This document shows positions 1 through 13,204 of a stretch of DNA of 64,000 nt, one piece after another. A model generated the notes under the pieces. It was not told the origin of the DNA, made no database searches, and saw nothing but the letters and a program-made list of their open reading frames with translations. Every line of letters begins with the position of its first letter. The stretch's first letter is position 1. The position numbers and the translations under genes were made by a program. This DNA comes from Felis catus (lineage: Eukaryota). The DNA lies in assembly GCF_018350175.1 (NCBI RefSeq), contig NC_058383.1:30506001-30570000 (forward strand). The letters run 5' to 3'.

Positions 1-321
1 GATCATGGAAGACAAAGATCTGTGTAATGCAGAAGTCATTCTGTGTAGAAAGGATTAAACAATAGAATAAACCCCATTTTCAACAGCACACTTACAAGAA
101 TGCATATGCATTCTCCACGTTGCCCTTTGTTACATCAACCATGATTTAAAAAAAGGAAAACAAACACAAGGAGGTACTATGAACACAGTCCTGGATTGGC
201 TATGCCTATAGGAAACAAAGTAATGCAGTTCTGATACGTAGTTTCATGGTGGTATGACTTGATGCATGTAAATAGCTTGAGAACCTAAGAGAACAGAAAG
301 CTATCAAACGCCTCAAACTAT

Positions 322-351
322 CCATTCATTCATTCATTCATTCATTCATTC
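322..351. repeat. (CATT)n microsatellite (L2 tail type)
   Basis: Directly visible. Confidence 0.9.
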
Positions 352-2191
352 AACAAAGATATGCTTCATCAGCTGCCATATGTTCAAATGCCACATGTTA
401 GGCAATGCACACGTGAGGCCTTTCCATTCGAACCCATCAGTTTGGTGTATATTCCCTCATTTTATATTACATTTATCTTCTCTCATTTACAAAATCTTAA
501 GTCTTTTGAGGTGCCTTTATCATATGTGTTTCAGAAATAGCGGTAAACATAAATACCACACAAACAGCAGACGCGGCTACTCAATCTCACCCCTCACGCC
601 CACCAGGCTTGAATACAGCCTCGAAGACCCTTGAAACACTCCACTTCAGGACGACTCTAGGGGGCATGAGCGATAGCACCCAAAAGGAACCCTAGGGTGT
701 GTTTATTCTGGGTGGAAGAAAGAGCCCCAGCTTTGGAGTCAGACCACATTGTGCTTGAATCCATGTATCAGAAGGATAATCTGTGCCTGGTTACTCTGTC
801 AGATATAGATAATCCTACCTACTTTCTCTTCGGTAAGAGAATTAAATAATATATTTGAAACATGTGGCACACAGCAGGTATCCAATAAATGCTTCCGGTG
901 TTATTAGTTTTCCCCCAAGTAAGCCTCATAGAGGGTTTCACATACAATGATGGTTTAATAAGATGGGCTGGCATAAACAGAAACCTTCCAGAAGCTAGCA
1001 CAATGGGACACAAAAACTGAAAATCAGGAAAGGGGAACAAAAACACCCAACTTCCTCCCTCCATCCCCTCTATCCACACAACACATTCTATCCATTTTCT
1101 TTCCCTACATTTACTAAAAAGTATCCTGGGCAGCAGGAGATGCTGAGAGAGTTCGTGATTGAAAATCCTAAGGATGCGTGTTTTGTTCTTAAGCACTTTT
1201 CTTAGCTTGACCTGATTTTGCTCCAGAGGTGAGCATTATAAGATCTGGTGGCATATTGGAGCATTTGAGGACTCAAAGGGTGGGTAAACAGTTGATCGTA
1301 ACCGTGGATAAGTCAGGGCTTAGGGCCTGCCATTGGATGATTGCCCAATTACAGGATACAAAATGAATCTGTGGGTCTGCTGAGATTCCACCCCCCCCCC
1401 CCCCCCCCGATACTCACCACCTCCTCCCTCTGGGTGGTTAAGACTTCCTTTTAAATACAATAATTAAATGTGGAACATAGCTGCTGGAGATATAATACTC
1501 TGCTTGCCAATACATTTAAATTAATATTGTGATCCTAAGCAGGAGATGATTAAGGTTACCCTGCACCACCAAAGTCTTTTTTTATTATTAGCCATATCAA
1601 CACACCATAGCGATTGCATAACTATTAAACACACCCAACTCCTTCCTTAGTTTGCTTTCGGGCTGATGAAAACACGACATCTATGACCCAAAGAAGATGA
1701 ACGAAATAAAATGGCGGGAAATGCCAATGACAAAAATCTACTGGGATTAAATCGGTAGACTGGATTCTGATACCGTTGTCTCTGGGGGACATTTCACAAT
1801 TTCCAGGTAATGCTGGAATATCTGCCCACGATCTTTTAAACGTATGCAACTTCTCTTGGCATGTAAGTTGGCATCTACTAAACTAAACCGATAACAACAC
1901 TGAAGATTTAGTCCACAAGAAATAAAACCCCAATGAACTGACAAAGAAGAATAGTAGCAAGTACTTGAAAAGGTGCCCAGCCTTGTGTTTTGACAGCATT
2001 CACTTGACTAATTTTTAGAGGGCACCTACCATGTGCCAGGCGCTATGCTAGGCACTGGGGATACTACAAGTGGGGAGCAAAACAGACAAGGTCCCTGATA
2101 CCGTGGACCTCACACTTTGGTGGGGAAGACACAAAGAAAACAAGTAAACGAGATAATTTTAGGTAATGAGCTACGATGAAAATAAAATGGC

Positions 2192-2440
2192 GGGGCGCCT
2201 GGGTGGTCCAAGTTGGTTAAGAATCCAACTCTTGATTTTTGGCTCAGGTCATGATCTCACGGTTAGTGGGATCGAGTTCCGTGTCAGGCTCCGCACTGAT
2301 AGTGTGGAGCCTGCTTCTCCAATTACAGGATACAAAATTCTCTCTCTCCATCTCTCTTCTGTAGCCTCCCCTGCTCGCCTGCACACCGGGCACAAGTGCT
2401 CGCGCGCGCTCTCTCTCTCTCTCTATCAAAAAAAATAACC
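2192..2440 (+). mobile_element. SINEC with an internal 20-bp foreign insertion
   Basis: ggggcgcctgggtgg head, ctcaggtcatgatctcac, (CT)n tract and A tail. Confidence 0.9.
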
Positions 2441-4967
2441 AAACACTACAAAAGTAAAGAAAAGAAAACGTTGACCTGATAGAGAGGGATGGTGGTAGGA
2501 TTCTGTATACAGGGTGAGCTACCTTCTATAGGGAATGCTTCCTCAAAGACATAGCAGGGTAGCCAAGCCCTGAATGGCAGGAAAGAGCATCCACTTGCAA
2601 GGATCTGGGGAAACGTGTCACGGGCAGATGGAAGAGTCAAAGTGAAGCTCCTAAAGTGACAGCAATCCTGACATGTTTGAAGAAGAGAAAAGATAAGTTG
2701 CCGTGGTCGAGCAAGATGAAGAGTAGAGGGCAAGAGCTCGGGCAGGTTATGTAGGACCTTGTGGGCATGTGAGGAGTTTGGTATTTTGTTTGCATGGCAA
2801 TGGAAACAAGCAATGGAAATCTCAACTGGTTAGTGTTAAGCAGGTAATGGAGTTTGTGATGTAATGAAGTGAAGGTGAAGACCCACATGTCACTATACCC
2901 CGAAAGCGGCCAGGGCTCACATGCAAGGTGGGCAATCAAAGCGCTAGACCTGAGGTTTGGAGACTGGGGTTGGAGTCCTTGTTCTGTCCCTGAGCTTCGA
3001 CCAGTCACGACGAGTTAAGAGGCAGGGCTTCAATAGTGTCTTTACCAACCATTTCCTAACTGCCTACTGTGTGTTCAGGTCCAAATGTTGAGACCTAATC
3101 CCAGACCTCAAAGGGTTCACAGTCTAGTAGGATAAAATCACAACAGAATTAGCACATTTATGCATAAATTTGGATATTCCTGGATAATAGGCTGTAGTCC
3201 CAGGTGATTCTTGTAGGAGTTAAATGAGATATATGCTTTAAAAACTGTGACTAATTTATGAAAGCTACCTTTTGCTTACAGAAATCAGCACTCTTTCCAT
3301 TCAAAGTGACAGAAATCCAGCTCAAGCTAATTAAGTTTGAAAGCAATTCATTCTCTTAGGTCACTAAAAATCTCACTCACTTCAGGGGTGGTTGGACCCA
3401 GGAACTCAACGAATATCATCAGAACTAAACTCACTCTCTCCATTCTGCCTTCCTGCACAATAGCTTTATTCCATGGAAGGTTTTCCACCTTGCAGTGACA
3501 AGGTGGCTTCCATCAACTCCAGGAGTACATCCTATCTTCCTTACAACCCTATCAGTAAGTTATTTTTCTCTCCAGTACACAAACAAAATTGTGAACCCAG
3601 TTCTTACTGGGTCAACTGCCCAGTCTTGAACCCACAGCTGTGCTCAAAACAACTCTGAAGAAAAATAACAAAGTTGGATGACCAACATTACATTATTCCA
3701 AAAGTCAGAATACACTGTGGGACTACAGTACATTTGTTGGCTTATGACTGAGTCAACAGCTCATCCATGCAATAGGAGGCAATGAGCTCCACCCAAAATG
3801 TAGATGATAAATGGTTCCCCCAAAAGAAAAGTCAGGGTGCTGGTGTTGCCCCAAAATGAGGCAATTTTAGGCAGGTAGAATTTACAGATGATTATTCAGT
3901 ACTGTAATTAAACTGAGGTGACAAGCTTAACTAATCTCTGAATTTCCTTCTATAAAGTGCCAAAATTCTATAAATTCATTCACTCGCCGAGCATTACACA
4001 TCAAGCACATACTATGCGGCAGACCCTACTACAGGCACAGAAGACAAAACAATGAACAAAGGAGGTGAAATTTAAGAATGTATATCATACATGGTACATA
4101 CATGTTGAAATAAAATGATTATTTTGGTTTACAAAGAATTGGTAATTATATGACTTAAGACCCTGTTTGTGTCTCTAAAGGAGCTATGAAGGACAGAAGC
4201 AAGAATTTTCAGTACCACATTATATGAAAATTTCTATAATTATATATATGTACGTAACAATCATAAGTAAAAAAAAAAACAAAAACAAAAAACAAAACAA
4301 AACAAAATACATGTTTTAAAGAAACATACCAGAATCTGAACCTGGCCACCTCTAAGCTGATTAGAGAACAAAAATGTTCACAAGGAACAACTTTTAAAAA
4401 CATGTTTGTGCAATGTCTTTGTTGGCTATTATCAAAGAATTGTTTGACTGATGACCTTCTTTGACTTTGAATACATGTTCTAAAATGTTTTAAGTAACGC
4501 CGCTGAAGAATGAGGCATTTTCTCCATTCCTTGTTACTACTCAATAAACGAAGTCAAATACCACATGCTGCTCTTAGACAACTTCCAACTCGTGGGCTTT
4601 TGACAAGTCAATATTTTGTTACAAATGTTAAGAATATCTGAATATTTCAAAGAGCTCCTTTGGATTAGAGGTAAGACATCAAACTAAACTAGCACTGTAC
4701 CAAGAGCTATAGTCTATCCCTACCATTCACATCTTTAAGTCCATTTCAGAGAAATGCCAAGTAAATATGTATCTGTGATCAGTTATTGCATCCTAAATAT
4801 TCAATAATATTTTTAACACAATATTAATCTGATAAGTTTCATTGTTGTATGACTTTAAGAAAACCCACACGTTTTCCTGGTCCTCAGTTTCATTACTTGT
4901 AAAATGCAAAGAATGGACTGAGCATAATCTCTATTAAGTGATATATGGATATATACACATATACCTA

Positions 4968-4972
<5 letters not shown>

Positions 4973-5049
<77 letters not shown>
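4973..5049. repeat. Compound (CT)n(CA)n microsatellite
   Basis: Directly visible. Confidence 0.95.
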
Positions 5050-5051
<2 letters not shown>

Positions 5052-5571
5052 CAATATCTGCATCCCTAGCACCAAGCCCCAGTATTTATTCAATAAAGAC
5101 TCACTGAGTAAAGCAAACCATTTAAGGAATAATCAATTATTCTCAAAACTCCAAATCCATTTTCTCATTCTCAACTTATTGGAGGCAGGGAGAAAGAGAC
5201 CGAGAATAAGGACAGTGGAACACATTTTTCATAAAATCAACACTTCATTGGATTTAGGAAATGTATTTTATTTTGAGAAGTATTTCTTACCTACATGTTT
5301 GGTGTTAAAATGTCCCTATCATTTATGAAATGATGGTGATAGTATTTTATAGTTACTTTTTACGAAATTTCCTTTCTTGGCAAAAGTGGAAGTTAGTATA
5401 CTATGTTGATCCCCCGGTTCTCCAATTTCTTTAAAATTTTTAATCTTTGAAACCAATAGTGTGCTGAACCAAAGGCAAGAATAATTCTTGAATTTCTCTC
5501 AAGTTCCAGCATTCTAGGAGATAAACTTTTCTTGCTGGATGGTTTGAACGGTTAACTGCATCAGGGAGTGA

Positions 5572-5592
5572 TTCAGCACCATGGACAGATCT
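5572..5592 (+). promoter_or_regulatory. RE1/NRSE (REST-binding) element
   Basis: TTCAGCACCATGGACAG matches the 17-bp RE1 consensus NTYAGMRCCNNRGMSAG with no mismatch. Confidence 0.8.
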
Positions 5593-5647
5593 CCGAAAAT
5601 GGGGCCCATCTTGGGGGACAAAGGGCTGGATTGAAATGAGTAGAAGA

Positions 5648-5862
5648 GGGGCGCCTGGGTGGCTCAGTCGGTTGAGTGTCCGACTTTGGCTCAGGTCATG
5701 ATCTCACGGTTCGTGAGTTTGAGCCCCGCATCGGGCTCTGTGCTGACAGCTCAGAGCCTGGAGCCTGCTTCAGATTCTGTGTCTCCCTCTCTCTGCACCC
5801 CATCCCCACTCATGCTCTGTCTCTCTCCGTCTTAAAAATAAATAAAACATTTTAAAAAATTT
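5648..5862 (+). mobile_element. SINEC
   Basis: Complete element; TSD aaatgagtagaaga. Confidence 0.95.
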
Positions 5863-7934
5863 AAATGAGTAGAAGACAGTGCAGGCTCTGCTTTGAGCAT
5901 GGCAGTCTTCATGTGACCACACAACTCAAGGCCTAATACCTAAATTAATAAATTTAAGTCTCCATGGAATAAAATATTCAGATTATGATTACACTTAGTT
6001 TCATTAACTGCATTCTCAGAATAATATGATGGGGTTTCCCTTTCAACTTGTAATTAACTTTGTTGAGAATTCTTAATGGGGTTTTCATGCAGCTTCCTAA
6101 AACCTTATTATAAGTTATTTTAATATATTTATTATGGGATTAAACTATGTTGCTCAATTTTATATTGGCTGTTATTTTTAAAAGAAGAAAAAATTCAACA
6201 CTAATCTTGAAGAACAGTGAGCTGATTGAACTGAAAACAGTACTTTGAAAAAGATCTGTACTCAACTCCTGACAGCTAATCCTGAAATTTTGGTCCTTCC
6301 ACGTCAGGTGTGGCATTTTCATTTTCCCACCAAAAGCAGTGTGACCCCAACCAAACGAAATCCCCTTCTCCCATTAGACAATCTGTATAAAACTCATCAA
6401 ACCTGCAAGAAAGACCTATATTCTAAGACTGATAGATCTCCCCTCAATCGAAGGTGAGGAAAATCAGTACATGAAATTTTTCTGCTTTCTTTCACTATGA
6501 TTCTTGGGAAGTGGTTAGGGCATATTTCTCTTAGAACAAAATATCAATTTCTCAAGAAAATGTGCTAATCTCTTCATTCTCCTTTGGCCCCAAGTGTTTC
6601 GAGGAGGTCTCCTGCCTGCACCCACGGCATCCTGCCCTTACACCTACCACGCTTCTTTGCAATTACCTGTTTACTCCACTGTCTCATAAACTCTAAGAGG
6701 ACAGTTCCAATTTTTTGTCTTATTCATCTGTGTACCTCCCATTCCTAGCACATTGTCTGGCAGGATTTTATAAGTATCAGTTAAATATCGATTGAGTCGA
6801 CGGAAATATTAATGACAAGAAATCAGACAAATTGGCTAAAATCCGAGTCCTCCAAAACAGAAATGGTGACTTTCTCTCCATTGGTCCATTTTCAAAGATT
6901 AGTGTAGTCTAAAACAGTGATTATTAGCAGAAACCAAAACATAAGGAGAAGAAAGAGAAGAGACATAATTTGGAGCATCACCCAGTGTAGGTCCTTGGAA
7001 AAGGCCCAAGAAGAGTCATGAATAGAGTACAAAGTATAAAGCCAGACAAGAGTTGAGTTCATATTTGAACCCACATATAGGATGTGAATGCCTTACCAAA
7101 TATTTCTGTGGTCTTGGGCAGGCTAAACTCTCTGGGACACGGTTTTCTATCTATAATATGTGGGTACAAGATCTTTTCCAATTATTTCATGGGGTTATCA
7201 TAAGAAGTAAAATGCATGCACGTGACAGGTGCACAACAAACATTATTCTGTTTTATTACTCCTTTTATATCCACACTAAGTGTCAAAAACATAGTAGGCA
7301 TGTTGCATCATTTAATCCTGATATGTAAATAGAAACGCTCTCCCAAAAATACCTGTGTCCAAGAATAGGCTTCCCCTAGCATGGCAGGAACAGAGCTTGG
7401 CATCTTTTAACCAGACACTGTGATGGGCACTTAGGCTTTCTTTACAAATAGTCCTACAGCTGGTTTGAAGCACTCTGGAAAAGCAACGCAAATCTAATTA
7501 AGCAATGCCATGTGGTCAGAGTTAGTAGCAATTTTTGAAAACAGCCCAGGAGATGGCTTACAGAAAGTGGTAGAGTTTGGGGGGTTTTTTGTGTTTTTTT
7601 TTTTTTTATTCTTTTAAGGGCTCCGTTTCTGTGTTGCCCACACACACAGATACACACACCCTCATGAACGCATAATCCCATTTTCTGGGTGAAAATACAA
7701 GCCATGTTTGAAACCATACAGATTTCTACAGGCCTGGTCTGCCACTGTAAATAAAATATTAAAACCAATATTCCTAACAGAACAAAAGCTCATGTGTTTC
7801 AACGGGAATAGAAGAAAAACATAAGACAGGAACAAATGGCTAAGAATAGGACAGCTGTTCCATCAGAACTATTTCCTTGGGAAGAAATTGACAGATTCTT
7901 TGGTTCTCATTGGCATCAAAAACATTAGTAGTAA

Positions 7935-7938
<4 letters not shown>

Positions 7939-7969
<31 letters not shown>
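7939..7969. repeat. (CA)n microsatellite
   Basis: Directly visible. Confidence 0.95.
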
Positions 7970-7973
<4 letters not shown>

Positions 7974-10900
7974 AGACTGTGGAGGGCAAACATTTTCACT
8001 TTGAAATAGCAACTGCACGATGAATTCATGCTGGTGTGTATCATCACCCCCTCGTTAATGGACCACATTAGCACGAAGGTTCACTCGTCCCACAAGTAAG
8101 AGTAACGGCCAACATTTAGGTTACCAGCCACTATGCTAAGTTCACTATCTGAATGAATGCATTTAATCCTCCCAAACAATCTTGTATTTTGCTCCTTTTA
8201 TAGAATGGGAAACCAAGGTTCAGAAAATGAAATTAATTTTCCCAAGATTACATAACCAACAGGCAACAGAGCAGATACCCAGTTATGTCTACCTCCCAAG
8301 TCCACATACCCCACTGCCTCACTGCACTATCTCAAAGACATATTGGACATGTTTAGTGGGCATCGACCACACGTGAGAGACCCTTCCATAACACTGAATA
8401 CTTCAAGAGAAAACCGGAACTCTTGATCTAAAATCACACAAAATTGATTCAAGTCATTGCACGGAACCTACAAATGTGTTTAGTTAATCCACTACAGACC
8501 CAACCCCTACCTCTTATTAACTTCTTCACTTACTGACCCATGTGCCAAAACCCTAACAGTCAGAGATCTTCAGATGGAACAGTCTTAGTCTGCCTGATTG
8601 GGGAAAAGAATGCTCACATTTCAGAAACAAGATCGTTGGTAGCCATGGCTTCGTTGAAAAGAGTGAGAGCCTCACAGGAGTCGGAATTAGCCAAGTTCCC
8701 TCAAAACTCAAAATCTCAAGGGTCCTACTAACAGGTTCCACTGACGAGAGATTCATTCTTCCATGCATGTGTTCTTTCATCCAACAAACACCTGTTGAAC
8801 ACTGTGTCATTTCACTGAAGATACGGGGATGACTAAAACAAACACAACCCCTGCCCCACCCCAACAAAGCTTAAAACAGCAATCTCTACCCCACTTCTCA
8901 AGGATGGCCTTTTTGGAGAACCAGCTCCACCATGGCCATGAGAGGAGCTAAAACACTCTCCACCCCACTCAACTGACTGCACCTGGGTCAGACAGCTGAT
9001 CCAGGGGAAGCCAGCCCACGGGCTGGTCAGAAGCTAATTACATTTTCTCTCTCTGCATAATAGGAACTAAAAGACACAGCAGTGAACTGCCTTAAAGACA
9101 AAAGTGATGCTTTACTCACTCCACCTGCTAAAGTCCTGAAGGTAGCCCTGATTCCTATCCTTCCTGAGCCTGGATACTCCCCAGAAGATACACCATGTGT
9201 ATCCAACAAAGTTCAGGCTATATAGTCAGACAGACCTGGGGACGAATCCTGGTTCCTGTATCTATTAACTATGACACCGTGGACAAGATCTTTCGTGGTT
9301 AATTTTATTATGGATGTCTTCAAATACAAAGATAAAATGGACTCCCATGTATTTGGCCACCAAATAATAACAATAATAGTAATATTTATTAATAGTAATA
9401 TGCAATATTTCCCCCCTTCTGTTCCACTGAAACAGGAATAATGATACCCTGTCCATCGACTTTTTCATTCACTAGGCAAAACTGGATGGGGCTGCTTCTG
9501 TCAGCCAGCCCGGTTCCCACGGTATGGGGGTCACTGTCACAATACAAAGCATGTGCTCTCATGCAGTTTACATGGTAATGGAAGAGGCATAAATAAGGAA
9601 GAAGACAACTTCAGAAAGAACAAAAGTTATTAAGAAAATAATGGGGGAATGAGGAACAGTAGGGAGCTTGTGGGCCAAAGGGAGACAAGGAAGTCTTCTC
9701 CAGTGAGGTAGCTTTAGGCATATGACGTAAAAGGGTAGAGGCCTGGAAGCAGGGTTCTGCAGGCAGGGAGCACAGCAAGTGCAAAGATCCTGGGGCAGGG
9801 ATGAGCAAGGCTGTTCACGGGTTGTTTTCAGTACAAAATGAGCTAATGCGTCCAGAGCTTTAACATAATGCCTGGCACATAGTAAGTGCTTAATAAATGT
9901 TAGTTCCTGTTCCTCCTAAGGAAGGACTCATGACAAGACCTACACTGGAGTGTGTTTTCAAAACAGCTCTCTTTCCTACAGGGCCAGTGGATCTGAGGGT
10001 TCACTTCCCAAATCCTTCAACCACTTCAACTCCTAGGGGGAAAGACTTCCCCCTTCTGCAAACACCTGTACCCAAAGGAGAGGTCACATAGTATAGGGGT
10101 TGAAACACAGACCTTGGGGTCTCACTGGCCCGGTTTAAATCCCAGCTCTACCATTTAGTAGCTGTATGAACTTTGGATAAGTCATTTAACCTCTCTGAGC
10201 CCCAGTTTCCCCACCTTTATGATGGTGGAAATAACAGTACCAACCTAATAAGGTTTTGAACATTCAATGTGGAGGTGGGGGGTAGAATGTTGCCTATATA
10301 AGTTACTGTTAATATTTCACTATCTTACATATATTTTTACTCTTATACACCTGCCCCGATTATGAAATTCCCCCGATTTTTAAAAGATATTTGGGAATAT
10401 CCCCGCCAGTGTCTCCAAAAGTCAAGTATAGGACATTTGGGTGTCTTGGTAAATATGGGAAATGAATGGAAACCCATTTGGCCCTAGATATGAGCTGCAC
10501 AACATCTTCAGAAGCTACATGATGGATCTGCTTTTTATCTGGTTCCCTGTAAACCCGCTGGGAAATGGTCCTGGAGGTCGGGGTTGGGGGGGGGGGGTGA
10601 GGAGGGTGGTCAGTGGGGAGCTGAGGCTGGAATTTCTGGTCTTTCTGATGGATTCTGTGTCCAGAAATATCAAGCCAGCATTTCTCCTCAGTCTGGGGTG
10701 AGATCTCACCTTCCAAGTAAATATTGTACTATCAACCCAATTCGAAAGAGGCGTGATGTGTTTGCACAGAACACTCAGAGGGTACTCTGTCCCACGAGCC
10801 TCTGTGAGAGCACAGTGAAGACATAAGCTGGTTCTATTCCCACACTGACCAGGGGAATAATTTTATGTGGATGCTTTTATAGACCCTGGGAGATACTTTT

Positions 10901-11019
10901 TCTACTGTGGCAATAAAGGCTTTGTAATTGCCGCTGACTTATTTAGTGCTGTTTTCAGTCTTTACCACATCATTAAACAATACTGCACAACCAAAATACT
11001 ACTATCAGCCTGACTGTAC

Positions 11020-11270
11020 AAAATACAATGTAGCATCCTGTTGTGGATCCTGGAACAGAAAAGGGACCTAAGGAAAGGAACTACTGAAACCCAAACACTA
11101 TCCACGGTTTAGCTAAAAATAATGTACCAATGTTAATGTCTTAGTTTTGACAGGTGTACCACAGTAATAAATGATGTTAACATCAGGGGGAAGTGGGTGA
11201 GGAGTATATAGAACTCTGGGTGTTATCTCTGCTACTTCTCTGTAAATATAAAATTATTTCCAGATTAAAA
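11020..11270 (+). mobile_element. Old L1M 3' fragment
   Basis: ggatcctggaacagaaaagggac...gatgttaacatcagggggaag...ttctctgtaaatataaaattattt. Confidence 0.65.
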
Positions 11271-11374
11271 TTACATATAGTTTTTAGAAAGTGTGCTGTT
11301 AACACAAATGAGCTGAGAAACATTAACCTGGTCTCTCTCCTTGCACCCACAGCCTTCACTCACATCTCCCATTC

Positions 11375-11583
11375 TTTTTTTTTTTTAATGTTTACTTTTA
11401 AGAGGTAGAGACAGAGCATGAGTAGGGGAGAGGCAGAGAGAGACAGAGACACAGAATCCGAAGCAGGCTCCAGGCTCTGAGCTGTCAGCACAGAGCCCGA
11501 CATGGGGCTTGAACTCACAAACCCTGAGATCACAACCTGAGCCGAAGTAGGAGGCTTAACTGACTGAGCCACTCAGGTGCCCC
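11375..11583 (-). mobile_element. SINEC
   Basis: Complete element; TSD ctcacatctcccat. Confidence 0.95.
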
Positions 11584-12162
11584 CTCACATCTCCCATCCT
11601 TAAGACACAAGGGAGCCTATATTTACTCCGCACTCCCGAAAAGCATGGGGAGTGTCCCTGGCAGGCTGGGAAGCTGGGGTGGGGGAGATAGAAGCACGTT
11701 CATAGCACTTGAGGACAAAATGTGCCTTCAAAAGCAAACTATAATTATACAGAAGCCGAGGAGCATTTGCGAAAAATCACTATCTCATCTGAATCTACAT
11801 CCTGTTCATCAAAGAGGTCGAGGCCCTTTTGATTATCAGACTAAATATTTTTAGGCAATATCACTGAATGCCTGGAAAGAACATGAACAGCATCAGCTGA
11901 AGAAAAATTCATCTTCAGATAAAAAAGCAAGTCTTGCATATCACAGTAAAGATCAACCCTAGGAAATGTATAAAGGGAAGTTGACAACATTTCCCCACAT
12001 TGAAGATTCCCCCCCACCACCCGGATTTGCCTTTACCCTAGTCCTCCAGTCCCTTCCTTCTAAATATCTGGATTTCTGCAGACTTTTGATTCTCTTAGCT
12101 TGACCAAGGCATAATGGAAAGATCAGAAAGGGGTCTAGCATTAGTATCAAGATGAGGAAAGA

Positions 12163-12378
12163 GGGGTGCCTGGGTGGCTCAGTCAGTTAAGGGTCCGACT
12201 TCAGTCCAGGTCATGATCTCATGGTTCGTCGGTTCAAGCCCCATGTCAGGCTCTGTGCTGACAGCTCAGAGCCTGGAGCCTGCTTTGGATTCTGTGTCTC
12301 CGTCTCTCTCTGCCTCTCCCCCGTTCATGGTCTGTGTGTGTCTCTTTCTCAAAAATACATAAACATTAAAAAAAAAAA
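12163..12378 (+). mobile_element. SINEC
   Basis: Complete element; TSD aagatgaggaaagag. Confidence 0.95.
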
Positions 12379-12542
12379 AGATGAGGAAAGAGAAATAGAT
12401 TGGAGATGAGTATTCTCTGAAAGCTATGTTGAGCGGGTCACTGAATAGAGATGAAAATGACACTCAAGTTTGGGTTATCGAATTCCCAGTCAAGTCTGGT
12501 AACTTGCATGTTTAGTGAAGAATACCGCGACAATGGCATGAT

Positions 12543-12558
12543 GTGCCCCCTCTTGGTA
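12543..12558 (-). promoter_or_regulatory. Candidate CTCF motif
   Basis: Minus strand reads TACCAAGAGGGGGCAC, close to the CCASYAGRKGGC core. Confidence 0.5.
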
Positions 12559-12967
12559 TATCACAAACGGATGCACCTTTCTTTCCATTTTTGGTAATGG
12601 TGACTCTTCACTGCTCACAATGTCCAGAGAAGGGTTCAATTCAATAGGTGCATTCTAATCCTGGCACCAAGAGCTGGTCTAACTTCTCAGTTGGAATGAA
12701 TTCCTTCTCTCCTAGTTCCCTATGGGTCAAAATGGGCTCTGGTGACTGCCTGGCCTCTTGAAGCCCCAATAATTGATAAATATCAGTCATTTAGGCCTAG
12801 CCTGTCAATGAACTTCCAAAATCATTCCCTCTTCTGAACATGTAAATTTTCCCTGTGTCTACAATATGTAAATAGCTCTTGTGAATCAATAAAAAGACAA
12901 AATCACTACAAGGAAGGCTATCTTTACTACCAACTACTAAATTAACTGTGAAAATTAAACTGATTAA

Positions 12968-13204
12968 GGGGCCCCTGGGTGGCTTAATCGATTAATCAGT
13001 TAAGCTTAATCGGTTAAGCTCCTGACTATTGGTTTCGGCTCAGGTCATGATCTCACTCACAGTTTGTGAGTTCAAGCCCCATATCAGACTCTGTACTGAC
13101 AGTCAGGAGCCTGCTACGGATTCTCTAACTCTGTCTCTGCCCCTCCCATGCTCGCTCTATCTCTCTCTCTCAAAAATAGATACATTTTAAACAAAATTTT
13201 AAAC
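12968..13204 (+). mobile_element. SINEC with short internal duplications near the A-box
   Basis: TSD aaaattaaactgattaa; ttaatcgattaatcagttaagcttaatcggttaagct. Confidence 0.92.

Noticed and set aside
5648..5740. tRNA-like A/B boxes in SINE heads
   Set aside because: tRNA-derived SINEC promoters, not tRNA genes.
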